Notes under the pieces: generated by a model | What the model was told of the DNA's origin: nothing | What the model saw: the letters and a program-made list of their open reading frames with translations, nothing else | The model's database searches: none | Translations under genes and position numbers: made by a program | In this document: piece after piece, positions 1-12,372 of the stretch | How the letters are laid out: every line of letters begins with the position of its first letter | Position numbering within the stretch: the first letter of the stretch is position 1 | Assembly: GCA_012026655.1 (NCBI GenBank) | Contig: JAAILG010000030.1 | Coordinates: 1-64,000 of the forward strand | DNA length: 64,000 nt | From: Hydrolagus affinis | Taxonomy: Eukaryota | Direction: 5' to 3'

Positions 1-20
1 CTCCTCCCTCCCCCCCCCCC

Positions 21-42
21 CACACACACACACACACACACA
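21..42. repeat. (CA)n microsatellite after a poly-C run
   Basis: Seen directly. Confidence 0.95.
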
Positions 43-79
43 CCGGGGTGGTGGTGGATGGTGGGGGTGAGGGTGGTTG

Positions 80-167
80 ATGGATGGGATGGAGGAGCAG
101 TGGTCGAGATCTTGCCTAGGCCTCCGGGCCAGAGATGTCTCGCCCACTGCACAGACCAGCAGCAGAG
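80..167 (+). CDS. Coiled-coil protein gene, putative first coding exon (MDGMEEQWSRSCLGLRARDVSPTAQTSSR/G)
   Basis: In-frame ATGs at 80 and 89 follow an in-frame TGA at 68-70. Strong donor GAG|gtgagt after 167. The phase 1 end matches the phase 1 start of the exon at 2361. Confidence 0.65.
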
Positions 168-423
168 GTGAGTGAGCCCTGGGCCCAGAGTGAGACCTTA
201 TTACACAGTAACTAGATCACTTCACGACCATCGATGATGATGACGATGATGATGATGATACGAATAAATAACAGTACTAATCCTCCTCGCCTTTGCATTT
301 TTGAGGGATTTATTGTCAGGCAGAGTCAGGAAACTTGCCCAAGCTTTCGCCCTGATGACGATGATGATCATGGGAGAGAGTGAGTGAGTGAGTGGGAGGG
401 GTGGAGAGAGCGTTGGAATGCCG

Positions 424-800
424 GATAATAATAATAATAATAATAAAAAAAATGACAACTCTTGCGTCGTTTGGAGAGAGCACCTTCTCCCGTCTTCAAG
501 ACAGTCTCAAAGCGCTTCCTCGACTAAACTGTGAAGTACTGTAAAGTTCTGACAGACAGAGAGAGAGAGGGTCGTGGACCCGAAGCGCCTTGGGACGTCC
601 TCCCGACGTGAAAGGCGCTCTATAAATGTAATTTGTTGTTGTTGTTGTTGTTGATTGACTTTCCTTACTCTGTAGATGCTGCCTGACCTGCTGAATAGTT
701 CCCAGTGACTTCTGTTTTTGTTTCAGACTTCCAGCATCTTCAGTATTTTGCGTTTCGTTCACTGTAAAGTGAATTGACTGTATATTATGTGAGTGAAACT
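424..800 (-). mobile_element. 3' part of a Deu-type SINE with (TTA)n tail, interrupted by a composite insertion at about 548-760
   Basis: (AAT)n run, tctcaaagcgcttc and actgtaaagtgaattgactgtatatt match the reverse complement of the SINE 3' end seen at 40040-40145 and 62640-62744. Confidence 0.7.
583..653 (+). mobile_element. L2 LINE 3' tail fragment (stem-loop plus (TTG)n)
   Basis: agcgccttgggacgtcctcccgacgtgaaaggcgctctataaatgtaatttgttgttg is the same tail that ends the L2 ORF2 fragments at 4195-4856 and 5210-5676. Confidence 0.85.
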
Positions 801-2360
801 GTACGCTTAAGGTTGGGTGTGTTTGGATGAATCCATCACTTTGGGTGAGGCGTGGAAAGCCAGGTCCAGTTCAGCTAGTCATTAAAAGATCTCAAGGCTT
901 GAAAAGAGAGGGGAGGCTTCAACAACCACCCCACCCACCCCCCTGTCCCCCGATAAAATAAGCCATCTAAACAGCTGTTTTATGGGAAATTTGCTGCTGT
1001 TTTTGCCAACAAATACAGTCAGCGATATAGTTCGATGATAAACTTTGCAGAAACTCCTGTGACGCCCCGTGACAGAGTGATGTCTCACTCAGATGCAAAG
1101 AGTATTATTATTATTGTTAGAAATTGGCAAGTTTCTTTTGTTTTGAAAGGATGTTTCTTTTTTTTAAAAACAAACAAACAACTGCCTCTCTTCCGCAATC
1201 CCATTGGACACGTTTGTCAGAAATGTGTTGCCGTTTTTCTGTTTCCACTGTTGGACTGCGAAGTTGAGTGTTCAAAATTGTTAGCACTTTACTGTTTCTT
1301 GAAATTCAATGTTTTTCGAGCAGCACATTGTCACATTTGTGAAAATATCTCACCTGTAATTTACCAGGTTATGTGTAGGTTCAACAGTACAATTCCTTTA
1401 AGTTACTGGTTACTTTGCTCTAAATGTGCAACATTGTAATAGTGGGAGTGGTAAACAACAACAACAAAATTACACCTGTACACAGCACTTTAAACCCATC
1501 AATCTATTTCAGAGAATAATAAATGTATGAATAATAAATGAGAAATATATTTATTGCTACTAGTATAATGATGATAACAGGTAATAAATAATTAAGGTTG
1601 AAATTTTAATTGGTTCTCTAGTCATTTGAAAAGTAGTGGAATGTATGAATGTGTGCCCACTATATTTCCATCAAGTTTCTTGATCTTGAGTTTGCCGTTT
1701 GGGTAAGGTAGTGTCAACTAGAGGCAAATTCATAAGGGCAAGGAAAAATGATGATGGAATTAGGTTTTTTTTTCATGGATTTTCCAAATGACCCTGATCA
1801 TTGGCTCTGTGCAGCATGGAACTGAGTCATGTTGACTTAGAAGGTTCCAGGGTTCAATCTGCAAAATCAGTATAATTGTCTTCTGAGCTGCGATAACCAG
1901 CATACCGGATCCTTACCCTGCTTTTCTTTCCATATCCCTCCTCTAAATAATGTGAAATTTGCAGATCTATGAAGCAGCTAAATTTGTACAGCTGTAATTC
2001 TTCACGCGCTGCATAGAATGTGTACATTTGCTGCATAGATTGAATCAACTCCGGGAGAACCCATTGAGCCACACGTTGGTAACTATAGGAGATAGGAGAT
2101 AGAAAGAGAAATGATAATTTGTTACCCACAGCGAGAAGGCCTGGTTGCATCTTAATTCAAATTAAGTAGCTGACACCATTGAGACGAATTTGCTTGGCAA
2201 GAAACCTGGATGCTTTTTCTTATATGGAGTAGCATGCTTTCAAATTGCATCTAAGTACAGTATTCCAGCTTCATCAAAATTAAAATGCGTTTTACTCAAA
2301 TCCTTTTAGTATGTAGGAACAAGTACTAATTTATTTATAACTTTCATTCATATTTTTCAG

Positions 2361-2515
2361 GAAGTCTTGGTGGAGGGGCTGGAATAAGGAGTCATGAAGA
2401 TGTAATTGTCCCTCGGCGTGATGTACAGAAACTACTTGGTGAGTTCCGAGCACTACATCAAGAACGACTGCAGCGATTAGAAGCTACAGATGATGGAACA
2501 GAAGAAACTCTTAAG
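2361..2515 (+). CDS. Coiled-coil protein gene, exon 2 (GSLGGGAGIRSHEDVIVPRRDVQKLLGEFRALHQERLQRLEATDDGTEETLK)
   Basis: Acceptor tatttttcag|, donor AAG|gtttgt, 155 nt, phase 1 to 0, open frame with an amphipathic helical pattern. Confidence 0.88.
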
Positions 2516-3059
2516 GTTTGTTTCATTTACTAGATGTATTGAATTAGAAAACATTTATCCAGAAAATATATTTTTTAGTGTTGTTTATTAATTGCTTAAT
2601 TGTGGTATTAACCAAAATATAAAAATCTCATATTGGGTAAATGGGTTCTATTAGAATAATGATATTTACTGTAATACACTTTTTGAAATGGCTAAAGTAG
2701 GATTAGTTTTACTCTTCCCATCTATTTTCTTGTACCAATCCCTCTTTACATAATAAACTTTGCTCAGCCATTGAAAGAGTATTTAACATGATCTCTTATT
2801 GGGAGGAGAATGGGAAGGTCATTCAGGTGAAGTTTTGTACCAATCGCCTAGAGAAGGCATGTTTGTGTGGGGAATATATATTTTTCTGTTTCAAATACAC
2901 AATAATTTGAATCTTGAATTCAATATAGCATGTCAGGAGGACATCTCAAAGTGCTTCACAGGATTCACTGTAAGGTTTGGTCACTGTATTTTGCAAGCAA
3001 AATCTGTCAACATGTCACATAAACAGCTATGAAGTAGATGTCCAATTTTTATTTGGGGG

Positions 3060-3270
3060 ATTATTGGCCATGACACTCTCCTTTATTTGGATAGTCATGG
3101 GAACTTTAAAATCCATGTGAGAAAGCAGGAGAAAGGCACCACAGCACAGCACATTCCCAGGGCTGTATTGGAGTATCATTTGAGACTACAAGAATTCAAA
3201 GTCTCAATGTGGGGGCTTGAATCCTTAACCTTCTGACATAAAGGTGAGAAAGCTATCAACTGGGACTTTG
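3060..3270 (-). mobile_element. Old SacSINE1-like SINE, degraded
   Basis: atagtcatgggaactttaaaatcca...ggggcttgaatccttaaccttctgac...gctatcaactg resembles the copies at 39720-40230 and 54965-55130. Confidence 0.6.
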
Positions 3271-4194
3271 ATATTTCTATCAAGAAATCCCAGGTCAGAT
3301 AATGCAGATTGTAGGTGTGTACTCTAGGTGTGTACTCTACCCAAATAATGTTCTTTAGTTCCAATGTATAAAGATCAAAATACCTACAGAATTTATGAGA
3401 ATTTATATGACAGACATGCTCTCTGAGTGAGAGTGTAAATTGTGTGTTTCGCCATACACGCACACATTTGACTTTTATAGCCAGCACATTGAGGAGACTT
3501 AACCAATGAGCTTGAGCCCCAGAGGTGAAAGGACAGTATTAAAAATCACTGTGCCATTCAGTATCCAGTGTTTAAACTACTTAATTGCCCTTTCCTTCAC
3601 TTGTCGAGTGTATAAAGCTGACTGCATAACTTATCCTCTTTCCACTTGTGTATATATTACATCAGCTTGAACACCTAAATTTAATAATTCTGTAAATTAT
3701 ATAAAAAGCAATTAAAGTTAGAGGTCCTGCAGCAAAGGTAAATTAATGTTGATTTACTTTTTTTTAAAACACAAATTCACATTAGAAATATAGTTTCAGG
3801 TATTGGAAAATCAAGTTTATTACATTGATAGGTTAGTGAAAACTATTGAACATTATTGTACGGTAATAAAAGTGACATTTTAATCAATACTGTCAAATGC
3901 ATTAGTGTTTTAACATGGAAAAGCTTTTTGGTTCTGTTTAAGAAGGTTCATCGTTAGTTCTCTGCTGCGTGCTGCTAAGAGTAAGCTGAGCATCAGAATT
4001 CAATTATTGCTGCTGTACGCTATATAGACATTCTACATCACAGCTTGCCAAAATTTCTATCACTCTCAAAACGACTGGAGGAAATAGTCTTGCAAAGCTT
4101 GGCTACAATTTAACTGCAATCAGCGCAAAGCAAACTTTTTAAAACATTGCTTTATTTATTAAATAGGTTTATGTATCAGTTTTATCGAAGGCTT

Positions 4195-4856
4195 GTGATA
4201 GGCCTCCTCAATATTGCCCGACTCCGCCACTACCTCATCCGTCAGGCCGCTGAAACCCTCATTCATGCCTTCATCATGTCCAGGCTCAACTATGCCAACG
4301 CCCTGCTTGTCGGCCTTCCCAATTCCTCCCTCGATAGGCTGCGGATAATCCAGAACTTTGCGGCTCATGTCTTCTACCGCAACAAGCTTTGTGACCTTAT
4401 CTCTCGCATCCTTGCTCAACTACATTGGCTCCCCATCACCTATAGAATTCAATTCAAGATCCTGGTCCTCACATTCAAAGCCCTCCATGGCCTTGCCCCA
4501 CTCTACCTTTGAGACCTCCTAACCCCTTACCAACCTGCTCGTGCCCTCCGCTCAGTCTGCTCCAAGGCCCCATTCGCCTCACCATTGGCAGACAAGCCTT
4601 CAGCCATACTGCCCATAATCTGTGGAAGTCCAACTCGCAGTCCCTCTGTCTCACCTCCTCCCTAGCCTCCTTCCAAATACCGCCTCAAAGCCATCCTCTT
4701 TGACGGTCCCATTGGTCACCCCGAATCCCCCCCTTTCCCTCCACCCTCCCCGTCCCCGACCTCAGCTTGGGTCTAAAACAATGACTTTCCAGTGCCTTGG
4801 GATGCCCTCCTGACGTGAAATGCGTTATACAAGTGCAATCTTGTTGTTGTTGTTGT
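4195..4856 (+). mobile_element. 5'-truncated L2-clade LINE (ORF2 C-terminus, 3' UTR, (TTG)n tail)
   Basis: Translation AAETLIHAFIMSRLNYANALLVGLP...LHWLPITYRIQFKILVLTFKALHGLAPLYL is the typical L2 post-RT region. It ends in a stem-loop and ttgttgttg. Confidence 0.92.
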
Positions 4857-5209
4857 ACTTGCCCTCATTTTCTCGCCTCCATCCCTTAACCTCATCCCTT
4901 CCCTCATTCTTCTGTTTGACCGTGCCTTCAGTAATTTTCCCACCCTCACTCTTCTCGAATCCAATCCACAACTTGACTGCAGTGATTTGGGACATTCTCC
5001 TGATGTAAAAGACACTATATCAATACCATTAAAAAAATAATAATAATTTAAGTTGGTTGAAAAGCAAATAACTAGAACATTAGAACAGTGGAAGTTTTGT
5101 GAAATTTATGTCATTTAAAGCAGGAGTTAAAATTATACAAGACAAAGAAGTAAGTAAATAAATTTTGGCAAAGAAGTAAGAAGTAAGCAGATTAATTTGA
5201 TAAGATCAT

Positions 5210-5676
5210 CCAAAACTCTGCAGCTCGTGCACCAGACTCCGCGACCCCATCACTCCCACCCTCGCCTGGCGCCATCTGCCAGAAGATGGAATTCAAGATC
5301 ATCGTTTTCGCTTTCAAGGCCATCCATGGCCTTGCTCCCTCCCATCTCTCCGACCTGCTGACTCCCTACCTACCTGCCCGCTCCTTCCATTCACCGGTCT
5401 CCTGTCTGCTCCATGTCTCCTGCCCGACCCGCCCTACCTTTGGTGGCCTGGCTTTCAGCCTCACTGCCCCCAAACTCAGGAACTCGATCCCACAGTCACT
5501 CCGCCTCACTTCCTCCCTTGCTTTCTTCTCGAGACCCTCCTTTACGATCATACCCTCAGTTGCCCTCCTATGTCTCTGCCTCCCCTAGCTCGGGTCCCGA
5601 TCCCCGACTGTTCAGCACGTTGGGATGTTTGCCCAACGTGAAAGCGCTCTATAAATGTAATTTTGTTTTATGTTGT
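5210..5676 (+). mobile_element. 5'-truncated L2 LINE
   Basis: EFKIIVFAFKAIHGLAPSHLSDLL...AFSLTAPKLRNSIP followed by the same 3' tail. Confidence 0.9.
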
Positions 5677-7231
5677 GCAATTGAATGTTACCTACTCGGT
5701 TGTTAGTATTACAGACTTGAACTTCCTTTAACAAATTAATTTTAAGGCTATTTCCAAGTCTCAATTATGAAGCAAAACTCAGCAGTGATACACTTGTACA
5801 TTGTACACCTGCTTCTCTAGGTACTGTGTGTTATCATTTGGCCTCAGAACAAAATGTTGAATTTTTATTTTCTACATACTGTACAGACACACAGGTGAGT
5901 CCACACACATAACCTCTTTATTGCAGACTTTATAAAAACTAACATCTACCCATATCGTCAGTTTTTTTTGGAAACATTCCAATTTAACCTTAATAGAACA
6001 TCTTGGATTCTTGTTAAGCAGGCCAGTTTTTATTGTGGAGCTGGACATGGTGGGGTGGGTGAGGTCATCAAGATTTTGCTGTGAGGGAAGTATTTTGATT
6101 GATCTACATGTGCACCGAATTATCAGGGACCATACTTTGTCATTTTGATTTCCTTCTTACACAACACTGATTTCTGAATCTCAGTTCTAACTGCAAGCTG
6201 GTATATGTGGTTTGAACATGTTCTTCAAAGGCAAGCAAATGGACTTGTAGATTGCATTGTGTAGGTAAATTTAAACTTGTGTTCATTATGATACATGTAT
6301 TTACCATCATACCCAGATTAAGACTCTGAAGCAATGGTGAACAACCAATACAATCTGAAGAGAGAAAATCTGAAAATGTTAGTTGAACTACAATATAAAC
6401 TTTAGCTACTGTACTGTAATAGGAAAGCCAATTTGCCCATCAGTATTAGAATGGTAGCTCAGTATTGTTCTTGATTATCAGATGAGATATCAGCATTAGG
6501 ATCGCTTGTATTTAGGCAGTAGTCAAAGAGAGAGATTGGTCTTCTGAAATATCTTGAATGATGATTCCTTTTATCATCCAATTTAAATATTATTTTAACT
6601 CTTATACTCTTATAATTTCATTTTAGGTGCTGTTTAGGCAGGTATTTCACTAACTGGTTGACTTATCTGAAATGGTAACCAGTTGTAACAGCATTTTCAA
6701 AACCAAATGATTTTGGTTACAAGTGCAATATATGTTTTATTGTTAAAATCTAGTTCCTTTAAGTGGAAATAGACAAAAGTGATTGATTTTTGTTTGTTGA
6801 GCCAGTAGAACTGCCATGCTCATTTTTGTATTCTAAAAATAAAATGTCAAACTGGAAAAGGAAAATTAGTTATATACTCCATTAAAGGCATAACTGATTC
6901 TAAAAATGATTTAAAGTAGTGTAGGTTTCCCTATCAATATTTACATTTAAAGTTTTCAGCCTGTGTTACAGTGACAGCTGATCAATACTATCTACTGCTT
7001 TATGAATTTGTACTGAAGCAATAACCATGTATTTAGGAAGTGAATAAAGATTTTACACTGACATGTTTCACACCGTAGAGAAATGTTAAAATCCCAGAGT
7101 GAACCTCTTTGAACTAATGTCTGAAAATATTAACCCACTGGTGATGGCTTGTTGAGGATAGCACTAGTCAGTCAGTGGTTTAATTCATCTGTTTTTCGGG
7201 AAGAACAGTGTGACTGCTGAGCATGACTGTA

Positions 7232-7345
7232 TTAATAATAATAATCCTTGTATTTGATATAGCGATTTTTATGTCTTTTAGATGTCTAAAAGTGCTTCAC
7301 AGAATTTACCGTAAAGTGAATTGACTGTATATTTGTGGGAGAAAT
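7232..7345 (-). mobile_element. Deu-type SINE 3' fragment
   Basis: taataataataatccttgtatttgatatagcg...gtgcttcacagaatttaccgtaaagtgaattgactgtatatttgtggg. Confidence 0.85.
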
Positions 7346-9337
7346 AAATAGGAAATAGGAAGGTCTCATTTTTCAAAGCCATATCTTTGGGAAATTTTTC
7401 AGTTTAACAGAAAAGTCCTCCAATAGAGTGAATTGGACTATTCTTGAAGACAGTTTCTTTTATGTGCAGAGTTAACAGGATCATGGATTTTTGGTCCATG
7501 AATTTTTTGAAAAGAAATGAAGGATTGTTTTACATTTATATCAAGGACTTTAGAACCAATATATTATTTGAGAGCCTTGAATATTTTTGAAGAGATTTGT
7601 TCAAATCTGGTTTGCTTTGGGATTGCACTTCCACAGGTGAAATGTAATATTGAGAGCAATATTTATTCACCTATTCATAAAGTGTTTGCTGTCACTAACT
7701 CTTCATGCGAATTCATGCATGTTTCTAGTCTCTGTATGTTACAGTACTATGTGGTGAACTTTGACCACAAATCTATTGAGCTGTTCCAACAATTTTAGTG
7801 TGGAAGTGCTGTTCTCCTCAGGGATTGATTGCCAAAGATGAGTTTGTCCAGGTAGTCTTTAAGTTACTGTAAATGGTGAAGCTTTAATACATAATGCAAT
7901 GACTCATATTTGGATTAGAGCAAATAAGAAAGGGTATGGTTTAAATCCAGAAGGGTTCAGTTGATTAGTTTTAAAATTATGTAACATCGCATAGCATCTA
8001 TATACTGTTTTCTCGTGCTACAGCGCAGTAAGAGATTCATCTTACTTACTTTAGAAGTAGAATTTTGTGTTCTGATTAAATGTAGACGATTAAATCCATC
8101 TACAAGGTGTCTGTGATGGCAACAATGCAGCATTTTTCAATGGGTAGGGATGCAGTTATGAAAAAATTAATATTTCTGTCAGTTTAGCAGTGAACCAATG
8201 TTGTTATTGAATGACCGAACTATTTGCAGGGTGTTGACTTGGATTTCTTTTTAGCCAACAGTACTGCTAAGATACGTGCCAAATATTTGTGCCATTAGTT
8301 AGATCATTTTTCCTGTTAACAGTTATTGTTGTTGACTAGGGAAGAAAATATTAGGGTCACGATTTCCTTTTTAAAAAATCTATTGTACTGTGGATAAATG
8401 CCAGGATTATTAAATTCTCATGGATTTTAATGTTTTCATGATACGGAAGCCTTGTGAAGGAAGGGATCAGTAATATGTTCAGTGGTTAATCTATTTAATT
8501 TTATGATTAGACATCTAACATGTTCAACACCATGAGTATTCTGACTACTTATAAATAGATGAAATATTTAATAAATACCTAACATCTGTTTTGAGAATTA
8601 CTGAATCTTATATAGGGTTCATTCACAGCAGCAGATAATTTTATCAAAGGGTTAAAATGAAGAAGAAGACAATGATTATTTTAACAGATAAATGGGTTCG
8701 CTTCATTCTTTTCCATGGAGATGAATGAAAGATACTTGGTCGAGCTGTTTAAGTGCTTTAACATGGTGTTCCTATTAGTTCTGATACCTGATCTGATCTT
8801 AATGCTACGGTATATGAAAGATGGATAGATAATCCTGGCTGCCTACAGAGATTGATGGCTGGATTGATTGATCGTCTAATCATTTGAGGAAATGGGCCTG
8901 AAAATGAATGCAACTCTGCCCTTGGCTTTCAGGGAAAATTGCAAAGTTACAGGGTAATGTGCTAAGACAGGATTTCATTTGTACCTAATATGTGGTTATA
9001 TGATCCCACACAATAGCTAAATGATTAAAAAAAAGGAATCAATATACAGTATATTGCTTATTTAATTTTCAAATTTATACCTTTTTTGGAGTAAGATCTG
9101 ATGGCAAAGAAATATCTAATTTTATATATGAAACGTGGAACTGTTGAGGGTAGAAAATAGGAAGAGGCATAGGTCAACAATTTGTCCTGTTCATATAATT
9201 TGCTTTATTTCTGAAGTAGAATCAAGTAATGAAACAGTCTGATGTTACACCAAAATTTACTTTGGTTTTTTTTAATCTACAAAAAATTAATTTGCAGTCA
9301 GATTTCTCTTGCAGCTTTAGTGTTAAAGATTGCTGAT

Positions 9338-10035
9338 ACAACAACAACAACAAGTCCAGGACACCCAGGGGCAGGGGTAGAAAGGTGATCAAAGGCACGG
9401 TCGAAGAGAAAGGTCTTTAGCTGAGACCTGAAACTGGGAAGAGAGGGGGCGAGGCGAAGGGAGTGAGGAAGGGAGTTCCAGAGCCTTGGGGTGTAGTGAC
9501 TGAAGGCACGGCTGCCGATGGCGGACCGGAAGATTCGGGGACAAGGAGGAGACCAGACCCGGTAGAGTGAAGGTGTCGGGTGCTGGTTTGAGGAAAGAGA
9601 AGGTCGGAGAGGTAGGGGGGTGCAGAGGAGTGGAGGGATTTGAAAACAAGGGTGAGGATCTTGAAGTCGATCCTCTCTGGGAGAAGAGCCAGTGAAGACT
9701 GGCAAAGACTGGGGTAATGGGGGAGCGAAGTTTGGTGCAGGTGAGAATGTGGGTGGCAGAGTGTTGAATGAGTTGGATTTTATGGATTGTAGTGGAGGGG
9801 AGACCAGCAAGGAGGGCATTGGGATAGTCCAGCTGAGAGGTGACAGAGGCGTGGACCAGGGTTTCAGCAGCTCTTGGGGCGAGATATGGCCAGAGATAAG
9901 GAGGCAGAGGAAGCCCTGGCCACAGATAGAGGACATTGTTTGTGACTTTCATAAGCGCAGTCTCTGTACAGAGTGGAAACCGGACTGGAGAGGTTCAAAA
10001 GGAGAGTGCGAGGAGAGTTGAGCATGGAGTTGGTG
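9338..10035 (-). mobile_element. 5'-truncated, frameshifted L2 LINE
   Basis: Track ORFs 9389..9952 (AAETLVHASVTSQLDYPNALLAGLP...LHWL) and 9298..9936 (AFSHYTPRLWNSLPHSLR...FRSQLKTFLF); (CAA)n tail at the left end. Confidence 0.92.
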
Positions 10036-10344
10036 ACTGTGTTACAACTGTATCAAGAATCTACAACTTCCAGAAAAGCAATGTGGTCCAGTAAAGTAGG
10101 TGATACAGTGATACAATATGTCTTTATGCTGAAAAATGCTTCTGCTTGGCATGGTAGGGGAAAGAGGTAGATAATCTATTTCCCCATTTTAGGAAGGGCA
10201 AACCACAGAAAAAAAGGTACAATTATAGAGGGAAGAGAAAAATTAATTGGTATTTTACATGGATTCTTTTAATGTTCATATGGATTGTTTTCAATGATCA
10301 GTTTAGATGAAAAAGAATGTTTTCCCCTGGCTCGATGTCAGCCA

Positions 10345-10404
10345 CTGTGGAGCGTTCTGGGACACTGCCCTGCGTGAAGAGCGCTATATAACTGCATGTT
10401 GTTG
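10345..10404 (+). mobile_element. L2 3' tail fragment
   Basis: gagcgttctgggacactgccctgcgtgaagagcgctatataactgcatgttgttgttg. Confidence 0.75.
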
Positions 10405-12033
10405 TTGTTGTTGTAGATAGACAAGTTACAGGAAGAGTTGCTTGAGTGTCCAAGCACTTCTGTTTCACTAGATGCGATTCCTTGGAAGAATGGGGAAGGG
10501 GCAGGCGCACCATTAAAAAGGTAGGATTTAAAGTGGGATTGAAAGACACAAAGAGAGGGGGCAAGACAGAATCATGGAGGAAGTTCCAGAGGTTATGGAA
10601 CTGAAGTCACCAATGGTGTTGTGGGAAGAGCGCAGTTGTAGAGTAAGCCTGACTTAGCTCAGTGGAGGGAATGAACAGAGGAGTAGGATAAGAAGATCAC
10701 AGATATAAAGAAGTGTCAGCGAGTGGAATGATTTGTAGGTGAGGGTAACGGCCTTGAATCGATCTGCTGTAGTGCAATGAAGTGTTTTTCTTTTCACTAA
10801 CCTATTGCAATATTGCAATGTTATGTAAAAAATGACTTTCAGTATATGGCAGTGTTATTAAACAGATGAATGTTATTGGCATATTTAGATTGTGCTCATT
10901 AAACAAGTTCACAAAGTTACAAACACAAAGTTTCATGAATGACTGCACGATTAATGTTTCTTAGCATTTTTAAGTTAAACGTCTGGGGTGCCATTTGATC
11001 TTTATAATTGCCAACAGCTGTGTGTGTATGTACTAGTAAGTTATATTTATGTAGTATACTTGTATTAAAAAGTTAAACATGTTCATGAATGTTATTTCAG
11101 GCCATTTATGTGTAAATGATGCATACATTGGAAACATTAATTTATATAGATTGGCTTCTTGATAAGCACAGACACTTCTGGTGTGTTGCTTTTGCACTTA
11201 CTAGAAATGGCAAGTAATTCCAAATGATGGAATTACAGATTATGTCCCTTAAGTCAATTATAATTATTTAAAAATTAAATCAGTTTTGTAACATGGTTCG
11301 TACATTTATAGGTTTTCCACAATAGTTTGCATGACTTCCCTTAAATACTTGGATGTGGATTTACTTTAGAATATGGGCATTATAAATGATTGTTTCACTC
11401 AGACTGTACATTTAACTATGAGAGAAGGATTTCTATTAATTAACATTTACAGGCTTAAAAACATTCCTTTACCTATAGGAAATGCTAAATACAAAAATAG
11501 TCAAATGGAACTTATCCTGAGCTTCCAGTACTTCACTACTGAACAAAAACTTGCTTTTCCCATCTGGTATTCATTTTATATTTCAAATACTCACTTGTGT
11601 GAGGTATATTAACCTAATAATGAGTACACAGTATTTTATTATTATTTTTTTTTAAATAATGTATTGTCACTTACAATAGCAGAGTAGTTTTTGTGCATGT
11701 ACAAAGTACAAATACTGTACTTTGCTCTATGTTAGTGTGTGTTCTCAGTCCTAGTACCCATTAGATTTACTAAAAAATCTTTACCCAAATCTTCAAATTC
11801 ACAATCCTCCATACAGCACTTATACAATCTCATCCAGCCCTGCAATCTCCAATTCTGGTTTACTCTTTCCATGTCACCATTCATGCCCATGTCTTCAGCT
11901 ATGTCTTTATTTATGATGGTACTTTTATCTTATTATTTGAAGACCAACACAAATGTAGTATTCTCAAGAAAGAAAATGATCACTAAATCTGTATTTCCCC
12001 CCCCCCCCCCATCCCCCAAACTGCTTTGTTTAG

Positions 12034-12162
12034 TTGAAGGTGCAGATCATGCAGACTTATATCAATGACCTGTGTGAACAAAATGATGTTCTGCTTCAGA
12101 CAATGGAGGAGCTTGAAAGGGAAGCCAACAGAAAAGTAACTGCTCTACAGACAGAGCTACAG
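12034..12162 (+). CDS. Coiled-coil protein gene, exon 3 (LKVQIMQTYINDLCEQNDVLLQTMEELEREANRKVTALQTELQ)
   Basis: Acceptor ctttgtttag|, donor CAG|gtaagc, 129 nt, phase 0-0, heptad-spaced L/I/M with E/Q/K. Overlaps track ORF 12034..12222. Confidence 0.92.
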
Positions 12163-12294
12163 GTAAGCGAAACATTGAAACCTGTGTACAGTACTTTGAA
12201 AATATTAAATTTATCATTATGATTCTTGAAGTTTGTAAACATTTTACTGTGTACAAATAATAATAATAATGATGATGCGCACGCATTTCTAAAT

Positions 12295-12372
12295 GAATCA
12301 TAGTAGCATAGAATTATACAGTACGGAAGGAGCCTATTCAGCCCATCATGTCTGTGCCAACTCTTTGAAAAA
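12295..12372 (-). mobile_element. CR1-type LINE 3' end fragment
   Basis: catagaattatacagtacggaaggagcctattcagcccatc...ctctttgaaaa matches the start of the copy at 34996. Confidence 0.75.

Noticed and set aside
222-458. His-rich and Leu-rich ORF
   Set aside because: Product of (GAT)n and (AAT)n microsatellites.
3313-3339. Short tandem duplication aggtgtgtactct x2 (similar cases near 27547 and 44572)
   Set aside because: Ordinary slippage duplications with no spacer structure; not CRISPR-like.
9298-10021. Longest ORFs in the track (212, 187 and 109 aa) as host genes
   Set aside because: They are frameshifted pieces and antisense shadows of an L2 ORF2 fragment.
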